A stretch of 64,000 nucleotides of DNA from an uncultured Acidobacteriaceae bacterium (GCA_963758545.1 CAVWVY010000001.1:110141-174140); one strand, 5' to 3'; positions 23,881-33,719 are shown, counted from the first letter of the stretch. Numbers and translations are program-made. Notes: generated by a model not told the origin, from the letters alone.

Positions 23881-24990
23881 TTATACGGCGTGAAGGGACT
23901 GGTGGCGATCGAGCGTGTCGTTCAGGATGCCGTTGACCAGTGTGCCCAACTCCTGAGTGGAGGTGGCGGCCTGCCGCGCATCGCCGGCGCGCAGCAGATC
24001 GGCGCTGCGGTAGCCTCGCTCGAGCACGGTGCGGACCGCCGATTCGATGGCCTCAGCCTCGCCTTCCAGATGCGCCGAGTGACGCAGCAGCATGGCCGCG
24101 GTCAGGATGGCGCCCAGAGGGTTCGCGATGCCTTTGCCGGCGATGTCCGGCGCGGAGCCGTGCACCGGCTCGTATAGATTGACGGCGCCGCCGACGGTTG
24201 CCGATGGCAGCATGCCGAGCGAGCCGGTGATGACGCCGGACTCATCGGAAAGAATGTCGCCAAAGAGATTTTCGGTGAGCACGACGTCGAAGTTGCGCGG
24301 CGTGTTCATCAGGTGCATGGCGCAGGCGTCGACGTACTGATGTTCGAGCGTGATATCCGGATACTGCGCGGCAATTTCGGTGACGGTAGCGCGCCAGAGC
24401 TGCGAGACTTCGAGCACGTTCGCTTTGTCGACCGAGGTGACTTTCTTGCGGCGCTTGGACGCCAGCTCAAAGGCCACGCGGGCGACGCGCACAACCTCGT
24501 CGCGGGTGTAGCGCATGGTGTTCCATGCCGAGTTCGATTCGCGCTGCCAGGCGCGGGGCTGTCCGAAGTAGAGGCCGCCGAGCAGCTCGCGCACAAAGAG
24601 GATGTCTGCGCCGTCGATCACTTCGGGACGCAGCGGAGAGTTTGCGGCGAGCGCGGGGAAGGCAAACGCGGGCCGGAGATTTGCAAAGCCGCCCAGCGCC
24701 TTGCGCAGTTGCAGCAGCCCGGCCTCGGGGCGGCGATCCGGGGGCAGGGAATTGAACTCATTGCCGCCGACCGCACCGAGCAGAACGGCGTCGCTCGCGA
24801 GCGCGGCATCGAGCGTCTTCTGCGGCAGAGGGCTGCCTTCGGCACGAATGGCCGCGCCGCCGATCAACTCGTGGGCAAACTGGAAGTCATGACCACCGAC
24901 CTCCGCAACGCTTTCGAGCACTTTGATGGCTTCGCGCGTCACTTCAGGCCCGATACCGTCGCCTGCAACAACCAGAATCTTCAGCTTCAT
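23881..24990 (-). CDS. leuB: 3-isopropylmalate dehydrogenase
   Basis: [25 protein letters not shown]...[10 protein letters not shown]...[14 protein letters not shown]; 369 aa. Confidence 0.95.
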   Translation of the reverse strand: MKLKILVVAGDGIGPEVTREAIKVLESVAEVGGHDFQFAHELIGGAAIRAEGSPLPQKTLDAALASDAVLLGAVGGNEFNSLPPDRRPEAGLLQLRKALGGFANLRPAFAFPALAANSPLRPEVIDGADILFVRELLGGLYFGQPRAWQRESNSAWNTMRYTRDEVVRVARVAFELASKRRKKVTSVDKANVLEVSQLWRATVTEIAAQYPDITLEHQYVDACAMHLMNTPRNFDVVLTENLFGDILSDESGVITGSLGMLPSATVGGAVNLYEPVHGSAPDIAGKGIANPLGAILTAAMLLRHSAHLEGEAEAIESAVRTVLERGYRSADLLRAGDARQAATSTQELGTLVNGILNDTLDRHQSLHAV

Positions 24991-25001
24991 GCAGAAATCT
25001 C

Positions 25002-26231
25002 CTAAGCCTGCGCCAGAGTTGCGGATGCGCTCACCTGGGTCGCGAGCGCGACCAGGTCCTGGTCATAGATGGCCTTCTTGCGATCGGCAAGCTCGACGAA
25101 GCGATGGTAGAAGTGGTCGAGCTCCGCAGTGTCGAGCTTGTGTCCAAGCTCCTGCAGGCGATGCGCAAGCGCATGACGGCCGGAATGTTTGCCGAGCACC
25201 ATGCTGTTCGATGGCACGCCAACGGATGCGGGCGTCATGATCTCGTAGGTCAGCGGATTGGCGAGCATGCCGTGCTGGTGAATACCGGCCTCGTGGGCGA
25301 AGGCATTGGCGCCGACCACGGCCTTATTGGGCGCGGGCCGGAAGCTGATGCGCTCGCCCAGCATCTGGCTGGTCTTGTAGAGGCGATCGTTCTTGAGCGA
25401 GTGAGGATGGGGATACTTGTCGCGCCGCACCATCAGGGCGGCGGCGATCTCTTCGAGAGCCGCATTGCCTGCGCGCTCACCGATACCGTTGATGGTGCAT
25501 TCGATCTGGCGAACGCCGCCCTCGATCGCCGCTAGGCTATTCGCGACGGCCATGCCGAGGTCATCGTGACAATGTGCGGAAAGGGTGACGTTGGCGACGG
25601 CCGGGACGCGGCGGCGAATCTCGCGGAACATCTCCGCGTAATCGGCCGGTGTGGAGTAGCCGACCGTGTCGGGCAGGTTGATCGTGGTCGCGCCCGCCTC
25701 GATCGTGACGGCCACCATTTGGGCCAGGAATTTTATGTCGCTGCGTGTGGCATCCTCGGCGGAGAACTCGACATCGTCCACGTAACTGCGTGCCTGCCGC
25801 ACCGCATCTGCCGCCTGGTCCAGCGCCTGCTGGTGCGACATCTTTAGTTTGACCTCGAGATGCAGGTCGGAGCTGGCAAGGAAGGTGTGGATACGGGGGC
25901 GCTCGGCCAGATAGAGCGAGTGTGCGGCCCGCTCGACGTCGAGAGTTCGAGCCCGTGCCAAGGCGGCGATCACTGGTCGGCGGACAGCCTGACTGACTGC
26001 GCGGATCGCCTCGAAATCGCCCTCAGATGCGATCGCAAAGCCGGCTTCCAGAATGTCCACGCCGAGATCGTCCAGGGCGTGGGCCATCTCGACCTTTTCC
26101 GCGATGGTCATGCTGCAGCCGGGAGACTGCTCACCGTCGCGCAGGGTGGTGTCAAAGAAGACGATCCGGTCTGGTGCCGTCTGCCGGGGGGTGGCCGATC
26201 CAGTCTGTGTCCTCTTTCGGGTCTGTGCCAT
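25002..26231 (-). CDS. leuA: 2-isopropylmalate synthase family enzyme, short form lacking the C-terminal LeuA allosteric domain
   Basis: [20 protein letters not shown]...[42 protein letters not shown]. Only 409 aa. The stop is 11 nt before the leuB ATG, with GGAG between them. Confidence 0.8.
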   Translation of the reverse strand: MAQTRKRTQTGSATPRQTAPDRIVFFDTTLRDGEQSPGCSMTIAEKVEMAHALDDLGVDILEAGFAIASEGDFEAIRAVSQAVRRPVIAALARARTLDVERAAHSLYLAERPRIHTFLASSDLHLEVKLKMSHQQALDQAADAVRQARSYVDDVEFSAEDATRSDIKFLAQMVAVTIEAGATTINLPDTVGYSTPADYAEMFREIRRRVPAVANVTLSAHCHDDLGMAVANSLAAIEGGVRQIECTINGIGERAGNAALEEIAAALMVRRDKYPHPHSLKNDRLYKTSQMLGERISFRPAPNKAVVGANAFAHEAGIHQHGMLANPLTYEIMTPASVGVPSNSMVLGKHSGRHALAHRLQELGHKLDTAELDHFYHRFVELADRKKAIYDQDLVALATQVSASATLAQA

Positions 26232-26270
26232 CTATCGGGTCCTCCAGAGCATCATGCGGGACGCGCGCCC

Positions 26271-26285
26271 ATAAAGCAAAGTTAT
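26271..26285. promoter_or_regulatory. Candidate LysR-type T-N11-A dyad (ATAAAGCAAAGTTAT) in the leuA/LysR divergent region
   Basis: ATAA-N7-TTAT dyad within the 123-bp intergenic region. Pattern match only. Confidence 0.25.
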
Positions 26286-26354
26286 TGTTCTTGGAATTAC
26301 CATCAATATTACTTATAGTATACCGGTTGAAGGCAATATGGAGGCTTCTCGCTT

Positions 26355-27284
26355 ATGGACCTGCAGCAGCTAGAGACCTTTCTGGCGGTGGTGGAGGAGC
26401 GCAGCTTTTCGCGCGCCGCGCAGCGCCTGTTGCGCACGCAGCCAGCAGTGAGCCAGGTGATCCGCAAGCTGGAGGATGAACTGGGCGAGTCGCTCTTTGA
26501 GCGGGCTTCACGCGATGGCTCGCTCACCGCAGCGGGTGAGGTGCTGCGGGCCTATGCTGAACGTATGGTGGGGCTGCGGGAAGAGGCGGCCAGCGCGGTG
26601 CGTGAGCTGAAAACGCTGGAACGCGGACAACTGAACCTGGCCGCGAACGAATACACGACGCTGTACCTGCTGCCGCTGCTGGATCGCTTCCGCCGCATTT
26701 CGCCGCATATCTCGCTGGCGGTGCAGCGCGCGTTGGCGAGCCGGATTCCGGATGACCTGCTCGCGCGGCGCGCCGAACTGGGAGTCCTCTCGTTCCGTCC
26801 CGACCCGGAGCAGTTCCGCTCGGTCATAGTCTATTCGGATGCCGTTGCACTTTTGGTTCATGCGGGCCATCCGCTCGCCGGGCGGCGGCGCGTGCATCTG
26901 CGCGAGCTTGGCGCGCAGAATTTTGTCGCGCACAACGTAGCGTCCCCACTGCGGCGGCAGATCATCGCCACTTTCGCCCAGTACAAGACGCCGCTAAACA
27001 TCGGCGTGGAACTGCCGAGCCTCGAAGCGGTGAAGCGTTTTGTGGCGATGGGCAATGGCGTCGCGTTCATGCCGGAGATCGCGGCTGCTCGCGAGATAGA
27101 GCGTGGCGAGCTGGTGAAGGTGCCGATTGCCGAAGTGAAACTGGAGCGACAACTGCGACTGGTATATCGCCGCGCTGCTGTGCTCTCGCACTCCGGCGTG
27201 GCGTTTCTGCAGGCGGTGCGCGCGTTTTCCGTTGAGCGCGGCAGGCCATATCTGTATGCGCCCGAGCCCGATCCGACAGATTGA
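26355..27284 (+). CDS. LysR family transcriptional regulator
   Basis: MDLQQLETFLAVVEERSFSRAAQRLLRTQPAVSQVIRKLEDELGESLFER; 309 aa; divergent from the leu-ilv operon. Confidence 0.9.
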   Translation: MDLQQLETFLAVVEERSFSRAAQRLLRTQPAVSQVIRKLEDELGESLFERASRDGSLTAAGEVLRAYAERMVGLREEAASAVRELKTLERGQLNLAANEYTTLYLLPLLDRFRRISPHISLAVQRALASRIPDDLLARRAELGVLSFRPDPEQFRSVIVYSDAVALLVHAGHPLAGRRRVHLRELGAQNFVAHNVASPLRRQIIATFAQYKTPLNIGVELPSLEAVKRFVAMGNGVAFMPEIAAAREIERGELVKVPIAEVKLERQLRLVYRRAAVLSHSGVAFLQAVRAFSVERGRPYLYAPEPDPTD

Positions 27285-27546
27285 GCGGTTTCGCTTCCGG
27301 CGCAAACAGCACGATGAACTCACCGTGGCTTTTCCGTTGAGAAAAGCCACACGCTGCACTTCTCGGCTGTGCTGACTAGAAGCGAAAATGCTTTTCGGAA
27401 CAAGGAAAGCTGCGCCGGGCACGCCAGCGGAGGCGAGCGGCAGGTACAATTGGGCAGAACGCCAGGATCATCCTGTAGTGACTTCCGCCCGTCCGGGGGG
27501 CCGGTGCCAATGCGCGCCGCGCTCCACGCTTGAGGTTCAGGACCGA

Positions 27547-28204
27547 ATGAAGAAGATTCCGTTGCTGTTTCTGTTGTTGCCGATGCTGGCAACAGCAAGC
27601 TTTGCGCAGGAAAGCCGTCAGGACGTGAGTGTTAGCGGCACCGTCGTATTCCCACCCTACGTAACCGGACAGGCAGTCTTTCAGTCCGGATGCCTGGCCC
27701 CCACCATCGCGACCACCGCAGTCAGCGCCAGCGCGACGGGCGGAGGCACATGCTACGGTCCCGGTGTGCTGGGCAGCTACCGCTACATGGTGACGCCACG
27801 CAGCGCGCTTGAGGTCAACTACCAGTGGTCGCAGTACTACACCAACTACATCTACAGCAATCTGAATTACAACATCCACACCAGGATGCAGGAGATCTCC
27901 GCCGCCTACGTCTTCAACTTCAGCTTCCGCAACTGGAACCCCTTCCTTGAAGCCGGTCCGGGCGGCATTCATCTTCTCCTCACTGGACGATCGCGGGACG
28001 CAGATCTTTAATCCCAAGCGGACGACGAACATTGGCGCTCTTTACGGCGGAGGCATCGCCTATGAACTGAGCCCGAGCTTCGATATCCGGGCGGAATACC
28101 GCGGCATCATCGTGAAGGCGCCGGATTTCGGCATCACGGCTGCCGATACGAAGCGCTACTACAACATCAATGCGCCGGCCATCGGTATCGCATACCACTT
28201 CTGA
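27547..28204 (+). pseudogene. Small outer-membrane beta-barrel protein (OmpA-like/OMP_b-brl), one frame disruption at about 27965
   Basis: Signal peptide MKKIPLLFLLLPMLATASFAQ (ATG 27547). Alternating beta pattern. The protein continues in ORF 27947..28204 and ends ...NAPAIGIAYHF (terminal Phe). Confidence 0.7.
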
Positions 28205-28227
28205 TCCGGCTGCAATCGACGACGAAG

Positions 28228-28256
28228 GCCCGGCCTTCCGCCGGGCTTTCGTGTTT
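28228..28256 (+). terminator. Rho-independent terminator after the OMP gene
   Basis: GCCCGGC-CTTCC-GCCGGGC followed by TTTCGTGTTT. Confidence 0.55.
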
Positions 28257-28402
28257 GAGCAGGGCTCAATCTTTGGCTGTAGAGCCGGCGGTGGCTCTAT
28301 CGAAGACGGTGTTGCCGGACCTGGCGCAGGGCGAGGACAGCGCAGAACGCAGCAAAGCCCCAATGTGAACCGGGGCTTTGCGATCTCAGAGAATGTTGGG
28401 CA

Positions 28403-28969
28403 TTAGAAGAAGCGGTAGGCAGCCCCCACGCTGAACCCATTCGGCGTTAGTCCATTGGGACGATCCTGCAGAGGTATGGGGGTAGGGTCCGGGGGGCCGA
28501 CGAAGCTGGGCCAGATCTGATATTCGTATTCGCCGCGGACATAGATGCGCCGGGTGAGGCGGTAGTCGACACCGCCGCCGAACGCCATATCGAAATACGA
28601 ACCGTGCGCCGCGTTGTAGGGGAAGTTGAGATAGCCCACGCCGAACAACGCTTTGCCATAAAAGGTAAAGCGCTTGTGGTGGAAGTTGTATTTCGGCCCG
28701 ATGAGGTAGTTGTCCTCGTGGATGTGGTTTAGCTGATTGAAACGATGGAAGCGGACCTCTGCTTCGGCTCCCAGCTTGGGAGTGAGGTTGTAATCGGCGT
28801 AAGCACCGATGCCGTACAACCGCTGCCAGCCGTAATCGGGATCGAAATCGGAGAACGTGCCACCAACGTAAAACTGCTGGTTGCCACCTTTTCCGGCTGC
28901 CACTACCTGGGCTCGACCTATCGTCGGGAGAAGGAGGAGAGCGGCGAATAAAAGAAATTTTTTCGTCAC
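28403..28969 (-). CDS. Small outer-membrane beta-barrel protein
   Basis: GTG start giving VTKKFLLFAALLLLPTIGRAQ (signal peptide). Aromatic-rich alternating strands. Ends GFSVGAAYRFF. Confidence 0.7.
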   Translation of the reverse strand: MTKKFLLFAALLLLPTIGRAQVVAAGKGGNQQFYVGGTFSDFDPDYGWQRLYGIGAYADYNLTPKLGAEAEVRFHRFNQLNHIHEDNYLIGPKYNFHHKRFTFYGKALFGVGYLNFPYNAAHGSYFDMAFGGGVDYRLTRRIYVRGEYEYQIWPSFVGPPDPTPIPLQDRPNGLTPNGFSVGAAYRFF

Positions 28970-29103
28970 AGAGTATCTCTCGAAACAGCCAGATTCCAGA
29001 TGTACAGCAAGGCGGGTCCTATCGACCCGCCTCGGATAGCTAGGCATTTTCTTGCGCAACGAGAATGAACTTCGCTGCGGTCGCTCGCGTTCAGATACAT
29101 CAG

Positions 29104-30858
29104 CTATTGCTGCGGTTGGGCGCTCGCCTGATTGGGCTGAGCGGGCTGCTGCTGCGTGGTTGCTTCGGCGCCTGCGCTCTGATCGTAGCGGACGAGTTTG
29201 TAGAAGACCGGGGTCACTTCAAAGGGCATTTTATCCCGGGCATTCAGAAGCGGGACCGGAGTAGTTTTCAACGTATATACCTTGTCATCCCAGGCATCGG
29301 TCCGCAGACGGCTGCCAAGCGGGAGCGCAGCGATCTGATCCAGCTTGTCCTGGTCCAGCTTGGGGGCACGCTTCTGGACCGCGATCAGCCAGGGCTGTCC
29401 GGTGGAATCGAGCATCGAATCGCCCAGCCGCGGGGTATTGAGAGCGGTGAGCTCCTTCTCGCGCTGCTGCAACTGCGCGAAATAGAGGCCGGCGTTGCCC
29501 AACTTGTCCTTGTAGATCGAGTGATCCAGCAGGACGACTGCCTTCTTTGCGGCTTCGGTGTCGTCGATGTCCGTATGGTGCATCTGAATGCGCTCGAACG
29601 TCGACTCATCGGGGAAGAGCAGGCGGTCATTGAAGGCGTACTTGGTGTCGATGTGGTGGCCGAGTACGATGTGCGCCAACTGGAAGGAAAGCACCGCCGC
29701 CAGCGATTCTTCCGACGGCAGGGTGTCCACCAGGCCCTTGCTGAGGATGATGGTGTTGCCCACGGCGATCGATTCGAGCGGGGTGGTCAGCATCACGCGG
29801 CAGTGCACCGGAGCGGCGAGCTCGATGTTGTTGCCGATGATGATGTTATTTGTAACCTGCTCCAACACCTTATCGAAATCGCTGGGAGCGGCAAGCAGAC
29901 CGGCCTGCGTCAGACGGTCGAGAACGTTCTCCTCGGCCTGCGAGATCCACTCGCGCTGCGCCTGCAGCGGGCTGACGTCGTCGGAGTTCTGACTCTGGTC
30001 GGTGACGTCGTCGATTTTGACCGATTCGTTATCGGACTGGTGCGTCGGGACCTTCAGTGAGTAGCCCCAGATCTGGGTATGCGCCTTGAAGGAGACCGGA
30101 TGCTCCTTGTCCTTTCTGGAGGTCTCTTCGACATAAACACCGACCGGCAGCCAGACGCCGGGCTGCAGATTCTGGCGCCAGCTATCGAAGTGGAAGTAGT
30201 CGTTGTCATCGACCTTGTCGACCATTTCCCCGCCGGTGTAGGTGCCGTTAAAGCGCACCACGTTTCCGGAGTCGTCATCCACCCAGATGCGGCCGGTGAA
30301 GCGGCCACTGCCCAGGCCCTGCTTCGGATGGACGTCAAAGACGTCGCAGCGAACGGTGCCGAGGAAGGCCTTGCGAACGGCGACGAAGTCATAGTGCTGC
30401 TGATCGAAGCCGCTGGGGTCGATGAACATCATCTCCAGGAAGCCGTCGGGCATATAGCGAACGTTGCCCGGCAGAAGGCTCTTCGAGAGCAGACCCATGG
30501 CGGCAAGCGAACCCTTGAACATGCCGTGGTTGGCTTCGCTGGCCTCGCCCGTCGAATAGGACTTGCCATAGAAAGTCTTGCCAAAGTCCACGCGCTGCAG
30601 CATGTACTGGTCGGAGACCGGCACGGCGTAGAGCTTGGTGTCGCCCTTCATGTTTTGTATATAGGTCTGAACAAGAGGCGACTTCTGCTGAATGTTCTTG
30701 ATGGTGAGCTTCTCAGCAGCAATAGCCTTCTTAATCAGGGCGTTCTGCTCTGGAGTCAGGCCGGGAGCGACTGGGTACTTTTCTTTGTGGCTTGCCTGAG
30801 CACTCGTGACACCAATCGTCAAGAGCAGAGTTGTCATCCAAAAATTCCGCAGGTTCAT
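29104..30858 (-). CDS. Secreted hypothetical protein (584 aa) with Q-rich C-terminal tail
   Basis: Signal peptide MNLRNFWMTTLLLTIGVTSAQA. No family recognised. Contains LAHIVLGHH, which is not a canonical HExxH. Confidence 0.6.
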   Translation of the reverse strand: MNLRNFWMTTLLLTIGVTSAQASHKEKYPVAPGLTPEQNALIKKAIAAEKLTIKNIQQKSPLVQTYIQNMKGDTKLYAVPVSDQYMLQRVDFGKTFYGKSYSTGEASEANHGMFKGSLAAMGLLSKSLLPGNVRYMPDGFLEMMFIDPSGFDQQHYDFVAVRKAFLGTVRCDVFDVHPKQGLGSGRFTGRIWVDDDSGNVVRFNGTYTGGEMVDKVDDNDYFHFDSWRQNLQPGVWLPVGVYVEETSRKDKEHPVSFKAHTQIWGYSLKVPTHQSDNESVKIDDVTDQSQNSDDVSPLQAQREWISQAEENVLDRLTQAGLLAAPSDFDKVLEQVTNNIIIGNNIELAAPVHCRVMLTTPLESIAVGNTIILSKGLVDTLPSEESLAAVLSFQLAHIVLGHHIDTKYAFNDRLLFPDESTFERIQMHHTDIDDTEAAKKAVVLLDHSIYKDKLGNAGLYFAQLQQREKELTALNTPRLGDSMLDSTGQPWLIAVQKRAPKLDQDKLDQIAALPLGSRLRTDAWDDKVYTLKTTPVPLLNARDKMPFEVTPVFYKLVRYDQSAGAEATTQQQPAQPNQASAQPQQ

Positions 30859-30916
30859 TTCCCGGCTCCTAAATCAAACTTCCAACGAAACTGGTCGTGC
30901 TGTGAGGGACATTCCA

Positions 30917-31996
30917 TCATGCCAACTGAAACGTCACGTGAATGAGTGTTGTGTGGTCTACCGGCTGGCCGTTGCGCAGCGCCGGCTTGAATCGAATGCT
31001 TTCGGCAACGTGCCGTGCTTCTTCATCGAGCCCGTGGCCCAGGCCGTTGACAACGCGAATTACCTCAACCTGGCCGGAAGCAAGGAAACGTACCTGCAGC
31101 GTGACTTCACCCTGGATCCGTGCCTGCTGGGCCTCAGGCGTGTAGCGCGCTTTCGGCTCAGAGATGACGACCGGCGGTACAAACGCGGGTTCAGAGTTGT
31201 TCTGCGCCAGTTGGACATGACCGCCGCCGATGTTGCCGTTGCCGAAGTCAGCTCCTGTAGCTTGACCATGACCGCCAGGCTTTCCAGTCCCGCCAACAAC
31301 TCCGTTGGCAAACCCGGCAGAGGCTACCGCGCCCCGATCATGACCGCCGGGAACACCATTCGTTACACCGGCGCCGAAGGCTACACCGGCCACTGTTCCC
31401 TTGCGAGCTGCGCCCGCGCCGCTCTTCGCGCCCGGAGCTGCATCGAAGGAGCCGACCGCCGCGATAGTTGCCGCGCGGTTGGCATTCGGATTGGGAGCCA
31501 CACCGTGGGGATCACCAAAACCACCCATCGTGGCCTGCGGATGCGACTGGTTGTTTGCAACCGGAGTCGGCTTATTGCTGGCGAACATACCCACTTTAGG
31601 AGCCGGCGGAGGCGCAACCGCCTTCGGCGGCGCGGGGGGCAGTTTCAACTCCGGCTTCGGCGTATCCAGCTTCACCATCTTGGGCGGCTCGATCACCGGC
31701 TTGGGCGGTTGAATCTTGGGGGGCTCGACCTTTGCGATTTCAATCTTGGGCGGCGGCGCGACAACCTTGACCTTGGGGACGACAGGTGCAGGCGGCTTGG
31801 GCGGCTCAACGGGGAGGATAAGAGCTTCGGCCGCCATTTTCTTGACTACCACCTGGTGGTGGATCGCGCCAATAATCAGCAGCAGGATGAGAATGGTCAC
31901 GTTTGTGACCATGCTGGTGGCGAAAGACCCCCAGCGATTCCTGTCATCGACCAGCAGGCCAAAGTTCGTATTCACTGAAATGCGTTCGGTCGGCAT
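30917..31996 (-). CDS. tonB: Energy transducer TonB
   Basis: N-terminal TM (VTNVTILILLLIIGAI), Pro-rich spacer (PPKPPAPVVPKVKVVAPPPKIE...) and C-terminal TonB_C (ARYTPEAQQARIQGEVTLQVRFLASGQV...FKPALRNGQPV). Confidence 0.85.
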   Translation of the reverse strand: MPTERISVNTNFGLLVDDRNRWGSFATSMVTNVTILILLLIIGAIHHQVVVKKMAAEALILPVEPPKPPAPVVPKVKVVAPPPKIEIAKVEPPKIQPPKPVIEPPKMVKLDTPKPELKLPPAPPKAVAPPPAPKVGMFASNKPTPVANNQSHPQATMGGFGDPHGVAPNPNANRAATIAAVGSFDAAPGAKSGAGAARKGTVAGVAFGAGVTNGVPGGHDRGAVASAGFANGVVGGTGKPGGHGQATGADFGNGNIGGGHVQLAQNNSEPAFVPPVVISEPKARYTPEAQQARIQGEVTLQVRFLASGQVEVIRVVNGLGHGLDEEARHVAESIRFKPALRNGQPVDHTTLIHVTFQLA

Positions 31997-32140
31997 ATGT
32001 TCCCTACTCGGCTAACGATCGTGAGATTGACGTACGCTGGTTTCCCAGCACCCCATTGCAAGTTCTGACACTGTCTGCCGCTTTCTTCGAGCGACTTGCT
32101 ATCGTCTGTCAGCCCAGAAACCTGGCAAGGAATTCAATCT

Positions 32141-32246
32141 CACTCCGGTACGAAAGTACCTCCGAGTGCTTGAAAGATACCTTGGATTCCCAAGGTATTG
32201 CAGTACCCCGAAAGTGGTGCCCAAGCGGAACGTAGGTGTATCGGGG
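32141..32246 (+). other. Three consecutive perfect hairpins in the 470-bp tonB/galE intergenic region; candidate structured leader or small RNA
   Basis: CACTC-C-GGTAC-GAAA-GTACC-TCC-GAGTG (32141-32168); ATACCTTGG-ATTC-CCAAGGTAT (32177-32198); CCCCGA-N29-TCGGGG (32206-32246). The GAAA tetraloop-like loops only make sense on the plus strand. Confidence 0.3.
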
Positions 32247-32338
32247 ACGTGCACTCTTTGCCTGATTATCCACTGCCTTGCGAGGCCCTGGCCCGCCTGT
32301 GAAGAGCCGGCGTCTGCGCGCCGAACGGCACGTGCACT
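32247..32338. repeat. Direct repeat ACGTGCACT (palindromic core GTGCAC) at 32247-32255 and 32330-32338
   Basis: Two identical 9-mers 83 bp apart in the same intergenic region. The palindrome TTTACAAAGTGTAAA lies further on at 32391-32405. Confidence 0.4.
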
Positions 32339-32467
32339 ATGCTCCATAATACCGGCATGAGACGGGCGCAGAATATCTCTGGTTGCCCCCTTTACAAAGT
32401 GTAAACATGCAGGGTCCATTGGTAATGACGGCACATTTACAAACTAATTTCAAAATGGGAGAGATTC

Positions 32468-33442
32468 TTGAACATCCTGGTGACCGGCGGTGCCGGCTAT
32501 ATCGGTGGCACGGTGGCGCTGCGATTGCTGTCCGCAGGCCATAACGTATTGATTTATGACAACTTCTGCCATGGCCACCGGGACCTGGTACCAGCCGGCA
32601 CACAACTGATTGAAGGTGATATTGCAGATCGTGCGAAGCTGGACCGGGTATTCCGTGAACAAAAGGTAAACGGTGTGATGCACTTTGCCGCGCTGATTGA
32701 GGCCGGCGAGAGCATGAAACATCCGGAAATTTACTTTCGGAATAACACCGCATCCACCCTGACCCTGCTGGAGGCCATGCTGGCCGCCGGAGTCAATCGG
32801 CTGGTCTTCTCGTCGACCGCGGCCGTCTATGGCGAGCCTGAGCGGACGCCGATCGAGGAGACTGCCGCTCTTGCGCCCACCAACGCTTATGGGGAAAGCA
32901 AGCTGCTGGTGGAGCAGATGCTCACCTGGATCAACCGCATTCACGGCCTGCGCTATGCAAGCCTGCGCTATTTCAATGTTGCGGGTGCGGTAGAGGGCCG
33001 AGGCGAGGCGCATGAGCCGGAGTCGCATCTGATCCCGCTGATTCTGGACGTCGCGCTGGGACGGCGGCAGAGCATCAAGATCTTCGGCAAGGATTATCCG
33101 ACCCCGGATGGCACCTGTATTCGGGATTATGTGCACGTCGGCGACCTGGCGGATGCGCACATTCTTGCCTTCGAGGCGCTCGCCACGCGCTCGCGGCTGA
33201 TCTATAACCTGGGCAACGGCAAGGGTTTTAGCGTGCGGGAGGTGGTGGAGTCGGCACGCCGGGTAACCGGGCATTCCATCCCGGTGGTGGAAGAGCCGCG
33301 GCGCCCGGGCGATCCGGCGGTGCTGGTCGCCAGCTCAAAGAAGATCATCGAAGAGCTAGGCTGGAAACCGCAGTACAGCGCGCTGGACGATATTGTGCGG
33401 TCGGCGTGGACTTGGCATCAGCAGCGCTATGGAAAGGGCTGA
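32468..33442 (+). CDS. galE: UDP-glucose 4-epimerase
   Basis: (TTG start) NILVTGGAGYIGGTVALRLL...FSSTAAVYGEPERTPIEE...YGESKLLVEQML...RDYVHVGDLADAH; GGGAGA RBS upstream. Confidence 0.92.
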   Translation: MNILVTGGAGYIGGTVALRLLSAGHNVLIYDNFCHGHRDLVPAGTQLIEGDIADRAKLDRVFREQKVNGVMHFAALIEAGESMKHPEIYFRNNTASTLTLLEAMLAAGVNRLVFSSTAAVYGEPERTPIEETAALAPTNAYGESKLLVEQMLTWINRIHGLRYASLRYFNVAGAVEGRGEAHEPESHLIPLILDVALGRRQSIKIFGKDYPTPDGTCIRDYVHVGDLADAHILAFEALATRSRLIYNLGNGKGFSVREVVESARRVTGHSIPVVEEPRRPGDPAVLVASSKKIIEELGWKPQYSALDDIVRSAWTWHQQRYGKG

Positions 33443-33452
33443 AAAGACTAAG

Positions 33453-33485
33453 GGCGCGGCCTGCATGCCCTGCCCAGGCTGCGCC
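33453..33485 (-). terminator. 11-bp hairpin between the convergent galE and small-ORF ends
   Basis: GGCGCGGCCTG-N10-CCAGGCTGCGCC (one G-U pair). On the minus strand it is followed by CTTAGTCTTTTC. Confidence 0.4.
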
Positions 33486-33489
33486 GGAT

Positions 33490-33663
33490 TCAGTTGATGC
33501 CGGTGCCGCGTTCCTCTGCGCTCGGCGGGGTCATTTGCCGGTTCCTGCGCAACTCGCCGCTTTTCTCGCGGTCCCGCGCGGGGCTGCTCCACTTGTTCAT
33601 GGCGAAGAAAAGAAGGATGAGGAGTATCGCGATCCCTATAGCAGTCAGGATGATGATTGACAT
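33490..33663 (-). CDS. Small (57 aa) single-pass membrane protein, not in the supplied ORF track
   Basis: Hand translation: MSIIILTAIGIAILLILLFFAMNKWSSPARDREKSGELRRNRQMTPPSAEERGTGIN. GGAGGG lies 8 nt upstream of the ATG. Third codon positions are mostly G/C. The ORF starts 56 nt after the ADOP-A stop on the same strand. Confidence 0.5.
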   Translation of the reverse strand: MSIIILTAIGIAILLILLFFAMNKWSSPARDREKSGELRRNRQMTPPSAEERGTGIN

Positions 33664-33719
33664 AATCCGTGCCCTCCATATGGATTCGAGGCACGCGTGA
33701 CCCGGGGGGTTGCTGCAAC

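Noticed and set aside
29650-29700. M48-type zinc peptidase motif in the 584-aa secreted protein
   Set aside because: The sequence is H-I-V-L-G-H-H. It has no Glu and the wrong His spacing for HExxH. The nucleotide context shows no frameshift that would create one.
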